DNA of 64,000 nucleotides from Selaginella moellendorffii (lineage: Eukaryota > Plantae > Lycopodiophyta). Shown piece after piece: positions 34,214 through 45,255 of the stretch; the first letter of the stretch is position 1; every line of letters begins with the position of its first letter. The position numbers and the translations under genes were made by a program. A model generated the notes under the pieces. The model ran no database searches, was not told the origin of the DNA, and worked only from the letters and a program-made list of their open reading frames with translations. The stretch lies in the NCBI RefSeq assembly GCF_000143415.4, contig NW_003314263.1, positions 347,114-411,113 of the forward strand, read 5' to 3'.

Positions 34214-35283
34214 ATGTGTGTGGCAATATGGGCGCTGGAGGAGCATCCGATCTACAAATTCATCCTCACGCACAACCGCGATGAATTTCACTCGAGGTAG
34301 GCTCTTCGATCGATCGATCGGGCTTTCGAGCTTAGTTAGAGAAATTTCTATCACAGGGAGTCTTGCCCCGCTCACTGGTGGAAGGAAGAGCCGGGGAATA
34401 TTCTCGCCGGTCGCGATGGCAAGGAAGGAGGCACCTGGCTGGGAATATCCGCGACTGGCCGCCTGGCGTTTGTGACGAATATTCGCGAGCCACTCGAAAA
34501 GAATGCCGCTGTCTCGAGAGGATTTTTGCCTGTGCAGTTTCTACAGGTATGACAACACGGTTAGTTCTTTCTTCTTTCTTATGAACAGTGTTCTAAACCT
34601 TTTTTTTTTTAATCTTCTCTAGAGCGAGTTGAATCCAAAAGACCACATCGACCAGCTTTCCTCACAAGCGATGAGCTACAATGGTTTCAATCTTGTGGTG
34701 GCGGATGTACACTCGGGAGAAATGGCTTGCTACTCGCACAGCCTCAAACTCGGGGATACTCTCACGCACGATATCTCGAGAGGCATTCATGGAGTGAGCA
34801 ATGGAGTTTTCGAATCAAACTGGCCCAAGGTTTGGATAGTTTTCCTGACGCTCTTTTTGTAGTTCTTCGTTTTTTTTGCTAACTTTCGTGTCACCCAGGT
34901 TGATAGGGGCAAACGCAAACTCAAAGAGCTACTCGAGAGGTATCCGAACGAGGAAATCCCCGATAAGATCATCATCGACGAGCTCTTGCGCGATGGACGA
35001 GTTTTTGAGGACTCGGTTCTCCCGGCGACTGGCGTCACTCTGGAACGGGAGCGAATGCTCAGCCCACTCTTTGTCAGCCAGGTTTGCTCAGCTCTTCCAA
35101 ACTTCCTGGCGATTTTTCTAGCTTCGATCTTGCCAGGAGCAGTATGGAACGATCTGTATGACGATCATAGCCGCGCGGCGAGACGAGGTCGTGTCAGTGT
35201 ATGAAGAGTACTTGAGCGGCGGGGTCTGGAAGAACCACAAGGTAGAATTCGCAATGAAGAAGCTAGAATCGTCGTTAAACTAG
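34214..35283 (+). CDS. TANGO2: Transport and Golgi organization 2 homologue (NRDE/DUF833), multi-exon
   Basis: MCVAIWALEEHPIYKFILTHNRDEFHSR, YNGFNLVVAD, GIHGVSNG..WPKV and LSPLFV..YGT. Confidence 0.9.
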
Positions 35284-35525
35284 CGCGAGCGTTCCAAAGA
35301 GGTCTGTGTTGTAGGATCTAATCTAAAGTTTTCTTGTGGAGCAACACTTACGCTAGATGGAATGGCCAGAACCATAGAAACTGGCCTTAAATGTAATAAA
35401 TGATTAATTTACACTGTTTGCATTAAGTAAAATTTTTTTCTTAACGTAAACAAGGAAATGTTGTTCGAGCCAAAGGTTTAAACTTGTTCTTCTTGGAGCG
35501 CCTCGGGGAGGCGATCGATCGATCG

Positions 35526-37496
35526 ATGGCGCCCCTACATTGAGTTCTTCTCGGCTTTTGATCAGTCGGTCCGCTCGCGATGATGGCGTCGATGAAGATC
35601 CAGCATGTCCTCACGGCATTCCCTCCGCCGCGATCGCCGAGCTTGTGCCGGTCCGGATTGGAAGCCTCGAGGAGGGATTTCGCGCCGAGGCCAGGGTTCT
35701 CTACGGCGTGCTCGCGGCGGACGCGCTCAAGATCGAAGGTAGCGTGCAGGTTCTCAAGGATTCCAGCGGCGAGGAGATCTTTTTCGCCATCAAGCACGCC
35801 GTGGTGAGCACCGATCGAGATTTCCCAAGGGAGCAAGAGTAGCGGCCAAGGAGCCGAGTCCTTCAGGGGGATTCTATGGCCAGTCTTCGTCGATCGCGAT
35901 CCTCTCCTTCGACAATCCGGCCAACGTGGAGGTTCTTTCTTTTCTCAGCGAGAGGCAGCTCTTGCGATTCCAAGGTATGAGCCCCGCGGAGATAAGGCTG
36001 GAAGAGAACAAGCTCTTCAAAGATGGGAGCTTTGAGGGCGCGCTTACGCCATGAGCATTGCCAAGTGCGACTGTGCGAGGAAGAAGGGCATCAGAACCAG
36101 CGCGAGCGTGTCCTCGCTTTCTCCGATTCGGCGGAGTGCTACCTCAGGCTGGGACGATACGAGCAGTGCATTGATGCCGCCAGCGCTGCTCTTGCCATGG
36201 ATCCTACCCCATGTCAAGAGCATCCATCGAAAAGCGGTGGCTTTGATCAAGCTTCAGTGCTACGAGTGGTCGTGGCAACTCTTGAGCGACGTCCTTGGGG
36301 TGTAAGAAGGCAGAGTCGAGGCCCCAGCCGTGCTATGGAGGAGCTCTCCAACTTTCTTCGAGCTTGGAGCGATGGAGAGGAGGCGCCGAAGATTCCAGAG
36401 TTTGCCGAGTTCGTTGGCCAGGTCGAGGTGAAGATGTGCGAGGCAGAGCCAGGGGCGACGCAGGGGACTATTTGCGACGAGAGAGATCAAGCGAGGCGAG
36501 CTTCTCATGATCTGCAACCTGGTGGTCTTCGAGAAAGGTGACAACGAGTCCGCTTGCAAGAGAGACGCCGCTACACGGCTTATTGTCCGCGAGCGTACAA
36601 GCAGATCTACAGCCTGGTTTGCGAGGTGGCGGGCACCGATCGAGAAATACCGGGAATGGAGCTCTTCCGGTCAAACTGGGCCACGCCCGAGACCTGGTCG
36701 AGGATCAGGAGCGACGAGAGCAGTGCCAGGGAGGAGCTTCAAGGCATCGAGGTGAAGAAGACTTTCGAGATTGTAGGCAAAGCGGGATTCAATCCCAAGC
36801 TGCCCGGGACCGGACCGACCAGGCGCCTGCTGTATTCCTCTATCTGGCCGCTGCCGAGCTTCATCAGCCACTCTTGCGTCCCCAACGCCTCGCTCTTCGG
36901 CAACACGACCTGTTACTTCGCAGCGAAGGACATCCAGGCCGGGGAGGAGATCGTCCACAACTACATCGTGCCAGGCCATCCATACAGGCGGAAAAGGCTC
37001 TCGTACAAGTGCTCGTGCAAGAAGTGCGAGCTGGAGCATAGGCTGGAAAGGATCTCGCGGAGGTGGCGGGTTGCTACAGGGACTTGCGAGAGACGAACTT
37101 CGTGTTGACAGTGAAAGAAGGGACCAGATGGTGGCGAAGCTGGAACGTGTGCTGGCGACGAAGCTCCAGGAGGAGGTCCACTGGTCGCTCTACATCATGT
37201 ACTACCAGGAGCTCAATGCTGGAAAAGCGGTGGCGCTTCCAGAGGGGATTGTTCCAGCGGCGGAGCGCATCATGGGCGCGATGCACCGGTTCTCGGCGGC
37301 CAACTTGCCACTGTTGCTGGAGACGGTGGCGAAGTATGCCCGGGACAAGGACGCAGTGCAGAGGATCAAGGTGGAGGAGTGGGAGCGTAAGTTTGGCAAG
37401 CAGGAGGAGCGCGTTGCAAAGGCCATCCAGGAGAGGAGCTGGGAGCTCGGCACACTGCTACACGAGGCGGAGCTGGCTGCCTCCCTACGTGCGTAA
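35526..37496 (+). pseudogene. Frameshifted TPR + SET-domain protein (putative lysine methyltransferase)
   Basis: TPR (AECYLRLGRYEQCIDAASAALAMDP), RGLFATREIKRGELLM, IWPLPSFISHSCVPNA, AAKDIQAGEEIVHNY and post-SET CSCKKC, distributed over several frames with no evident introns at the shifts. Confidence 0.78.
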
Positions 37497-37660
37497 GCGG
37501 ATCTCTCTCGCTCTCTCTCTCTCCTTTGTGATCGATGTTTCCAGGAAAATGAATTACGTACGCAACTGACCACCTTCCAGCGTAAGTCTCTCTCTCTCTC
37601 CACTGCTGCTGACTTTGTGATCGATCTTCCCAGGAAAACGAATTACGCATGCAATCGTTC
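37490..37660. repeat. Two-copy ~85 bp direct repeat with (CT)n
   Basis: GCGTAAG..(CT)n..CTTTGTGATCGAT.TT.CCAGGAAAA.GAATTACG occurs twice. Confidence 0.7.
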
Positions 37661-37876
37661 AAAAACAAGGCTCTACACTTGAAAGCATTTCAAGCTAGCA
37701 AAATGACCGATGGTTAGTCTCGCTGTAAGAAACGCTTGACAACAACCTTTGTGTGTGCCAGTCTCACTGGAAAAAAAGAAGACCTCATCAAATGGAGAAG
37801 ACAATTAACTGTCCAGTGAAGGCGAGGAGGAGCATTCGATTGGAGAAGTCTGGATCGAGAATGTGAGTGGCTTCGA

Positions 37877-38026
37877 TATCTTCTTCGTGCTCTCCCAGAT
37901 TGCATACTCGGAGCCCGCCATTACGAGCTTTTAAGGGGATGATTTTGGAAGCAAAGGTCATGTCAAATGAGATCTTGCCTGAACAGATGGATTTTTACCT
38001 TGGACCAAGCTTCAAAATGAGTCGAT
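37877..38026 (-). pseudogene. Partial duplicate of the last two alpha-amylase exons and their intron
   Basis: ATCTTCTTCGTGCTCTCCCAGATTGCATACTCGGAGCCCGCCATTACGAGCTT...TTTACCTTGGACCAAGCTTCA matches 38619-38801. Confidence 0.85.
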
Positions 38027-38347
38027 GCGGAGTTTGGATAGTTTCAAGAGTCTAGAGACTTCTTTGACAACACAATCTCCATGAATTTCCAGCTCTTGCG
38101 AGCCATTGCACCTGAGCTGTGGTGAGCACAATCGAATTCCTTTCTCAGAATCAGGGCAGGCCAATGAAGTTCACGAGGAATTTGGCAGCAGCACCACAGT
38201 TGTAGAGGTCCTTTAAATCTTCCTCAAGCTTGCTTAGAATAAGCGCCATTTTGAAAAAAAACCTAATAACTTTTGATTCTTCTTCAATAACATGTTAGAT
38301 TGTAAGCCTAAACATTGAAACTTATTGGAATAGCAAAATATACAAAG

Positions 38348-40673
38348 CTATTTACGTAATTTCTTCTTGCTGGATTCTTCTTCCTCCTCGTCTTCTTCCT
38401 CGTCTTCCCCTTCGTCTTCGTACTCCACCTTGCATTCCTCCACGACTTTCTCCACATCGTGGAGATTGGAGACCATGTCTGGCACTTCCTCCATGATCCG
38501 GTTCACTGTCTCGCACGACATATCGCTGGTTATCTTCACTTCGATGTTCTCATCGCCAGTTTCGGAAGGCCCCGACTTGACGACGATGATCTCCGGCTCG
38601 CTCGGAGCCACTCCAGCCATCTTCTTCGTGCTCTCCCAGATTGCATACTCGGAGCCCGCCATTACGAGCTTCCAAGTTGATGATTTTGGAAGCAAAGGTC
38701 CCATGTCAAACCTGTGCCGAGCTCACAGCTAAGAGATCTTGTCTTGCCATGAAACTAGAGATGGATGTTTACCTTGGACCAAGCTTCACAATGAGTCGAT
38801 CTGCGATTGTGGCAACGTACATGTCGAAGTCCGCTGCCTGGATCTTGATCTTACTCTCCGCGTTTATTTTGTTCCGTAGCCTCAGCTCCAATAGCTGGTT
38901 GATCTGTTCTTGCAGCCCCCAGTAGAAATAGTGATCGTAAAACTGCGAGAAAGGAAAAGAGGCGCCAATCAGAGCTTGAAACAAAACGAAGATGCTCTCC
39001 TTACAATACATGGAATCCCAGGATGCGTGAGAATGTAGACATAGCCGAGATGGACTTTCTCGTCGGGAAAGTGCCAGTGCCTCTGGGTCGATCCGGTATC
39101 GTGGTTATCCACAAACGTGACCGCTTTCTTTGGATACCAACCTGCAAGTTTGTCCAGTGTTGAGCAACAAAAACCACTGCAAAGTTCCAGAGATAAACAT
39201 ACCGACTAGACCAGGAGGCCTGCCTTCCTTGTCCCGCAGACGCCACAGCTCCATCTTCACGGCCTCTTGCAAGACTCCTTTGGTGGTGAAATCGAAAGCA
39301 CATCCCCAGCCGCCGGTCCCGTCGATCCAGTCGCAGAGCTGCTGCCTGTGAAAATCTGCCACAAGACAAAGTTCCTCAAACGTGAGTTCATCGAGCTCAA
39401 AATTCTCTATCCAGCAAGCCACTACTGACTTTGATCGGCAGCTAGACGACCGCTGACGTAATTCAGCGACGTCCACAACTCGCCAACAACAAAACTCGGG
39501 TCGGTTCTCTGACAGTACCTGATGATCAACACGCCTGTTCCTGATCAGTTCTATAGTTTCTACGACTACTCCTCCACCTCTACTTACAATTTGGTGTACT
39601 TGGGAGCGTAGCCTTTGACGAAATCAAACCGCCACCCATCGAAACCAATCTCAGCCTTCATCCAGTTCAACCAGTCGGTCAGCTCGTCCTGCACTTGCTT
39701 ATTAGTATGGTCAAGGTCTGGAGCAGCTGCGTAGCTCTCACCAGTGTCCTGCTTGCCTTGGCCACCACTCCTATAGATATCATTGCACACTACTGCCCAA
39801 GGCCCCCAATCCAGCCTCTTATCCGGAGTTCCACCTTCAAAGATGTTCCAGTGACCCTGAGCATCCTGTTTCCATCCACTGCGATGGTTTATCACTATAT
39901 CAGCGATGCAGCAAATGCCCTGCTCGTGGAGAGTGTCGATGAGCTCCTTGAGCTGCGCCTCGTTTCCATACGAGGAGGAGTTTAAGTCGTAGAGCTGACT
40001 GGGAAGATAGCCTGAAAAGAAAAACAAACGAAAGAACAGTCAAGAACTTCGCTAGGAAGAACAGTGGGGAGCTTACCTTGTCGATCGACTGACTGCGATG
40101 GCGGAGGAAGCCAGATATCAGTGACACCGGCTTGGGCGATGACGGGAGCCTTCTCTTTGAGGTCTACATACCAAGGTTTCTTGGAATGAGATTCCCAGTT
40201 GAATCCCTGCGAAGAACATAGAAAAGAAAAAACTTCGATGGCAAGGTCTATAAACAAAAAACGCGAACCTGGAAGAGTATGTGATTCGAAGGACTCGCTG
40301 GTTTGGGCCGCTTAGCTCGGACTCGAGCACTCTTTACTTGTGCTTCTTCTTCTTCTTCATCTTCATCGTCATCATCTTCTTCTTCTTCTTCTTCTTCTTC
40401 CTCCTCTTCTTCTTCCTCATCGTCTTCGCCATCGTCTTTGCTCCCAAACACCGCTCTAAGCCTCCTCTTCCAGGCGACATTGGAGCTCTTCTCCAGCGGC
40501 CGCCCACACAAGCCACATTCCGCCCTACACGACCATCGCGCGCTACTGCTACTTTCAATCCTGCCTAGATTCCTTACATTCCTCCCGGAAATCAGCAGCA
40601 GCGATCCTCCCTCGCGATCGCAAGCGTTGTGATTCGCGATCCATGGCGGACGCGCCGCCGCCACCGCTGCCAT
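38348..40673 (-). CDS. AMY: Alpha-amylase (GH13), probably plastid-targeted, multi-exon
   Basis: ILFQ|[68 protein letters not shown] and FYDH..IVKLGPR. Confidence 0.92.
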
Positions 40674-40721
40674 TCCCTCCCGCCCCTGTTCTTCCCGCTC
40701 TAACTCTAAACCTCTTTCGAT

Positions 40722-40775
40722 CTGCCACGTGGGATATTACGTGGAAGGCCATAGCCACAAGGACGCCACGTCATT
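40722..40775. promoter_or_regulatory. G-box/ABRE cluster in the amylase-lipase divergent spacer
   Basis: GCCACGTGG, TACGTGG and GCCACGTCA within about 50 bp. Confidence 0.5.
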
Positions 40776-40853
40776 AAGAGCGACAGAAAAGAGAAAAGAG
40801 GGAAAAGGGAAGAGAAAAGAGAGGGAGAGAGAAGAGAGAAAGGAGAAGAGATA

Positions 40854-42239
40854 ATGGGTGTTGCTTGTGTGGAAAATGCTTCCCACGACGATTTATCCGC
40901 TAGAACTTGCAAAGAGCAGCGATCGATCATGGACGCGCTCGCGCTCTCCAATGCCGCCTACGAGCCCAGCCTCGCGGGAGCAATGTCCTACCTGGAATGC
41001 GCGATCCAGGGGGGAGTGGAGCTCATCCATCACCAAGGAATCGATCAAATCGGCAGCGCCAGCAGCAATCAAGCGCTGCTGTGCTGCCGGGTGCGCGAGA
41101 CCGCGCAAATCCTCGTCAGCTGCCGCGGCACATCCAGCCTCTGCGACGTCGTCCAGGATCTCAAGCTCCTCCCAGCCAGGCTCACGTATCACGACGCCGC
41201 CGCGCACTGGGGATTCGCCGAGCGGGCGGAAGGAATCCCCCTCGATCCATATGCCAATCTCATTGATTCCGGCGAGAGGATCACATTCACGGGGCATTCG
41301 CTGGGCGGCGCGGTCGCATCGCTGCTGGCGCTGCGAATGCTGCGCGAATTGGACCGCGAGGAGCGCGAATTCGCAGAGAATCGCGAGGATTTCTGCCCGG
41401 AAGAACAGGGGAAGGAGACGAGGATCAAATGTATCACGTTCGGGGCGCCGCTGTTCGCGAGCTCACATCTGGCGGAGCTCATCACCGCGCGGTACAGTGC
41501 GGTATACCTCCACGTCGTGCAGCGCGGCGATTGCGTGCCAAATCTCATCCCCTTTCTCTCGACGGTCAAGAGGCTCTTCAGTGACGACGATCACTGGGAG
41601 GGCTTTCGCGTCGTGCGCCGCGCGCTGGGATCTCTCCTCCCGACGCTGGGCTCCTCCATCGTCTCAGCAATCCCGGCGCCAATTGGGTTCTTGCTGCGAT
41701 CGGCGCTCCGGCTGGCAGTGATCCCCCGATCGCTCTCCTACGGCTTTGCGGGCCAGATCCTCACGGTCGATGCCTCCAGTCGGTCCTTCTGGGTCTCGGG
41801 CTCCGATCGATTGAACGCCTGGCACTCGCAGCTCGTCATGGCGATCAGTGCCGCCAGGGACGCCGTGAAGAACAGCCACCATCACAGCCTCCTGAGCTAC
41901 AAAATGGCCATGGATTTCACGATTTCATCGTCTTGTTCTTATCAAAGGTTCCAAAAACACGATCGATCATGGCTGGGATTCGCAGTGGCATCGTCCATCG
42001 CGAGCGCAGCAAATGCCTTTCATGGGCATTGCTTTTGCAAGAAACTCCACGCTCCAAGAGAACAAAAGAGACACCGGCGATTCCAACGGCTGGGATGGCT
42101 CCTGGGGTTTATCGGGAGAATATCCAGGCACCTTCGCGCCATTCAAACAATGTGCCTCTACACGCTCCTCAACACCGCATTGAGCAGCTTAGTTTACAGA
42201 TCGTTGCTTGTTTCGAGGCTCCAATTCTTAGCACTGTAA
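40854..42239 (+). CDS. Class 3 lipase (alpha/beta hydrolase), intronless
   Basis: VSCRGT, HWGF, FTGHSLGGAVA, CITFGAP, HVVQRGDCVP and HHSLLSY. Confidence 0.88.
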   Translation: MGVACVENASHDDLSARTCKEQRSIMDALALSNAAYEPSLAGAMSYLECAIQGGVELIHHQGIDQIGSASSNQALLCCRVRETAQILVSCRGTSSLCDVVQDLKLLPARLTYHDAAAHWGFAERAEGIPLDPYANLIDSGERITFTGHSLGGAVASLLALRMLRELDREEREFAENREDFCPEEQGKETRIKCITFGAPLFASSHLAELITARYSAVYLHVVQRGDCVPNLIPFLSTVKRLFSDDDHWEGFRVVRRALGSLLPTLGSSIVSAIPAPIGFLLRSALRLAVIPRSLSYGFAGQILTVDASSRSFWVSGSDRLNAWHSQLVMAISAARDAVKNSHHHSLLSYKMAMDFTISSSCSYQRFQKHDRSWLGFAVASSIASAANAFHGHCFCKKLHAPREQKRHRRFQRLGWLLGFIGRISRHLRAIQTMCLYTLLNTALSSLVYRSLLVSRLQFLAL

Positions 42240-42505
42240 AAATCAAAATCAAAGTTCTTCCAAGAAACCAAGAAGTTTTTGTTAGTTTTCTTCGTTGATT
42301 GTTTCGAGGCTCCAATTCTTAGCACTGTAAAAATCAAAATCAAAGTTCTTCCTTGCTGGTTCTTACGAAGTTCTTCCAAGAAACCAAGAAGTTCTTGTTA
42401 GTTTTCTTCGTTGATTTTTTCGAGGCTCCAAATCTTAGCACTAAAGAAATTAAAAAGTTCTGGAAGTGTTGGAAGTTCTCGTGGGTAGTTTTCATCGTTG
42501 ATTCA
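42208..42505 (+). repeat. Three-copy ~90-120 bp tandem repeat spanning the lipase stop codon
   Basis: TTTCGAGGCTCCAAxTCTTAGCACT at ~42211, ~42302 and ~42418, followed by AAGAAACCAAGAAGTT..TGTTAGTTTTCTTCGTTGATT in the first two units. Confidence 0.85.
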
Positions 42506-43204
42506 AATGCAAAAGATTGATTTCACGCCTTGCCTGTTGAAACAAACATGTCAATCACAAGGACAAGGGGCTCTCATCCTCTCGTGGCACGAAAAGATAT
42601 GAAAGATGAAGTGGCTGTGCAAGTAGACGCGAAATCGATTGTCAATCCGTACCTTCGCGTGGAAAAGTTGGCAGATCTTTTCTGATAGCCTTGGACCGCT
42701 GGGACTTTTGGCCTGTGTTAAGACAAAGTTTGAATTGCCAAAACATAACACCTACAGAATTCATCTACTGCAAAAGGGATGTATGTGCTTCCAAAAGACA
42801 TGCTTTTCATTCCGGACATTTGATGAGGACGACCCAGCAAACACAACAACACATTGTTGAGGCAAGCATTTCGACACATTTCTGGCCCACATTGAGAAGC
42901 CTAATTATCATCTACTTGCAGCGAAAAACAAGGAGAAAAAGGAAAGAAAATGAAAGCCAAACTGCCATTGGATGATTTCTGAAAGCCAACACACCATACA
43001 TCTGTAGATATGAAATAAAACTTTAATGTGCTTTGGTACAAGTGTGATACTTTGCAGTCAATCAGACAAAGAGCCACATCATGCCGTGGGAGTGGGGACT
43101 GTTTTGCCGATTTACCCATTGACAAATTTTGTCAAGGAATTCCGCATCTGTATCGCCGATGTACTACGGATCAACACTATACAAACTCAACTCGCACAGA
43201 CACT

Positions 43205-44143
43205 TCAAATCCTATTATAACCGCTGTAAGGCTTGGAAATCTTACACGTCTTGTACAAGAGCTGCGGACCACTCGGCCCAGTCGGCGGGCTGACCTGCAA
43301 GTCACAGGTCAAGCGCACCAAAATACTCGGGCTCACCGTCCGCACCACCTTGACCTTCCCCTGCGCGCTGATCTCCGCCACCAAATTCACCGCATTCCGG
43401 CTCATCTCCGCCGACATCTCCCTGCTCACAAGCTTCTGAAGGCTAGGGTTTCCCACCATCTCCACCACCGCCAACTTTCTCTCCCGGTGCCCCTGCATGA
43501 ACGGCTCCATGTACGTGCTAACCAGCTGCAAGTTCCGGTAGAGAATGTCCACCCGGATCTTGTTGTAGTAGACCACGATCTGCGTGTTTGGGTTGTAGGC
43601 GTTGATGGTGAGCAGCAAGTCGAGGTCGAGCAGCGAGTTGAATTCGTAGTCGCCCAGAGTGGCGTTCGAATCGGTGATGGTGAGCAAGAGCGACGAGACC
43701 TCCACCGCGTCGATGGAGAGCTTGGGCGCTCTCGGGCGGACGATGATGTAGAAGCACAGCGCTGCGATGGCCGCCAGGACGAGGAGGAGGAACAAGACGC
43801 AGCAAGTCCAGCAAATGCAGCGGCACCATCGCGGGTAGCGGCGCCGCGATCGCGAGGATCGAAACCCAAGCGGTGATCCTCCTCCTCCTGCGCGATTCGC
43901 TGGCGGAGGAGGGCTTACGCTGTTGGAGGTGCTGTGGAGATTGGCGACGTACTGGCTGTTGCTGATGTGAAGATCCGGGCTCGTCGTCGCAGCGCTTGCT
44001 AGGGCTCCTGGATCACGATCGGAGGAGTGATTTGCCTCCAAGCTCCCCGGGGGCTCGTCGATCTTGAGGTTTTGATAGCCGATCTCCTTGGAGGCCGGGG
44101 AGCGCTGGAGTGTGAGCCTGTTTAGGATGGAGTTCTTGGCCAT
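43205..44143 (-). CDS. LEA_2 / NDR1-HIN1-like membrane protein, intronless
   Basis: Cys-rich CRCICWTCC, TM helix, RPRAPKLSI and AYNPNTQIVVYY. The ATG at 44143 is preferred over the GTG-start ORF at 44299. Confidence 0.85.
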   Translation of the reverse strand: MAKNSILNRLTLQRSPASKEIGYQNLKIDEPPGSLEANHSSDRDPGALASAATTSPDLHISNSQYVANLHSTSNSVSPPPPANRAGGGGSPLGFRSSRSRRRYPRWCRCICWTCCVLFLLLVLAAIAALCFYIIVRPRAPKLSIDAVEVSSLLLTITDSNATLGDYEFNSLLDLDLLLTINAYNPNTQIVVYYNKIRVDILYRNLQLVSTYMEPFMQGHRERKLAVVEMVGNPSLQKLVSREMSAEMSRNAVNLVAEISAQGKVKVVRTVSPSILVRLTCDLQVSPPTGPSGPQLLYKTCKISKPYSGYNRI

Positions 44144-44300
44144 CTCCTCATATCCCTCCTCCGCGGCGCGAGAGATACTGAAGCGACCCAGCCGACGCCA
44201 CGGCAGCCCTAGAAATTTGAATAAGATTCGATGGGTATATTTTTCTAGGGCTGGGGGCTGTGGGCTAGGTAGGGCTTTTGGATCTGCGGCTTCGTCCACA

Positions 44301-45255
44301 ATGGTGAGTTTGATCTGGCTTAGTTTTTAGCTCTTGATCTAGAATCCTTGTGAATTCTTGTGTGATTTTTCTTACATTGTTCTTCTCGTTGTGCTTTCTA
44401 TTTTTCTTCGCTATGATCGACAGTTTTTCCGGAATTCTGTCTCTCTAACGATTTCTTCGTTGTTTTCCTAGAAGTGTATGGATGGATTCATGGATACAGT
44501 TTTTCTACTAGCTAGAAATCTATGAGTTATAGCTGAATTTCTGCGATTTTATGCTTGTGTATGATCGACGACTCTTCTGGATTTTTTGATCGTGAATTTT
44601 CGTGTGCATAGTTCTTCTCGTTGTGCTTTTCTTTTTCTCTTCGTTCCCTTTCTGAAAGTGTATTGGAGTCATGGATACACTTTTTCTACTAGCTAAGGCT
44701 ATAGCTGAAGTGCTGCGGTTTTATGTTTGCTTTGTGTTCTTTAGCTTTGAGATTTTGTCTTCGCTATGGTCGACGGTTTTTCTTGAATCTTGATCTAGAA
44801 TTCTTGTGAATTTTTGTTCTCGTTGTGCTCTTTTTATCTAATGATTTTCTTCCCATGGATTTTTATGCTTGCTTTGTGTTCTTTGCTGCTCTGCTGAGAA
44901 ATTTTTCCTTCGCAGGCTGTAGCTATCAGCAGCCCAGTTCCTGAGGGATTATATCCGCTTCTAACAATTCTATTCCTCACTGTTGGCCTCGTCTTGACGG
45001 CGAGTTTTTTCATGTAAGTCCTTCACTTTGTGATGTGATCTGAGTGCTTATATATCGTTCGCAGATATGAGATCACAACTTCTAGCCTCAGTCGAAGCTT
45101 CCCACGGGAGATTTTGACCGGAGGAGCGTCATCGATTTTCCTGGTAGGAGTTTCATGTTTTATTTTCGATCTCTAGACTCACAAACACGAGCACTGTTTG
45201 ATTGTAGGGACTTGGAGCACTGTTTCTACTTCTTTCCACTGGAGTTTATGTCTAG
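44301..45255 (+). CDS. TMEM258: Oligosaccharyltransferase subunit OST5/TMEM258, 4 exons (exon 1 codes only the ATG)
   Basis: ATG|GTGAG at 44301 and acceptor at 44915. Spliced product is MAVAISSPVPEGLYPLLTILFLTVGLVLTASFFIYEIT...GASSIFLGLGALFLLLSTGVYV*. Absent from the ORF track. Confidence 0.88.
44330..44900 (+). repeat. Degenerate tandem repeats in OST5 intron 1
   Basis: TTCTCGTTGTGCT x3, ATGGATACAxTTTTTCTACTAGCTA x2, TCTTGATCTAGAATxCTTGTGAATT x2 and TATGxTCGAC x3. Confidence 0.7.

Noticed and set aside
42208-42505. CRISPR-like repeat array
   Set aside because: Eukaryotic context, the whole units are repeated with no unique spacers, and there are no cas genes.
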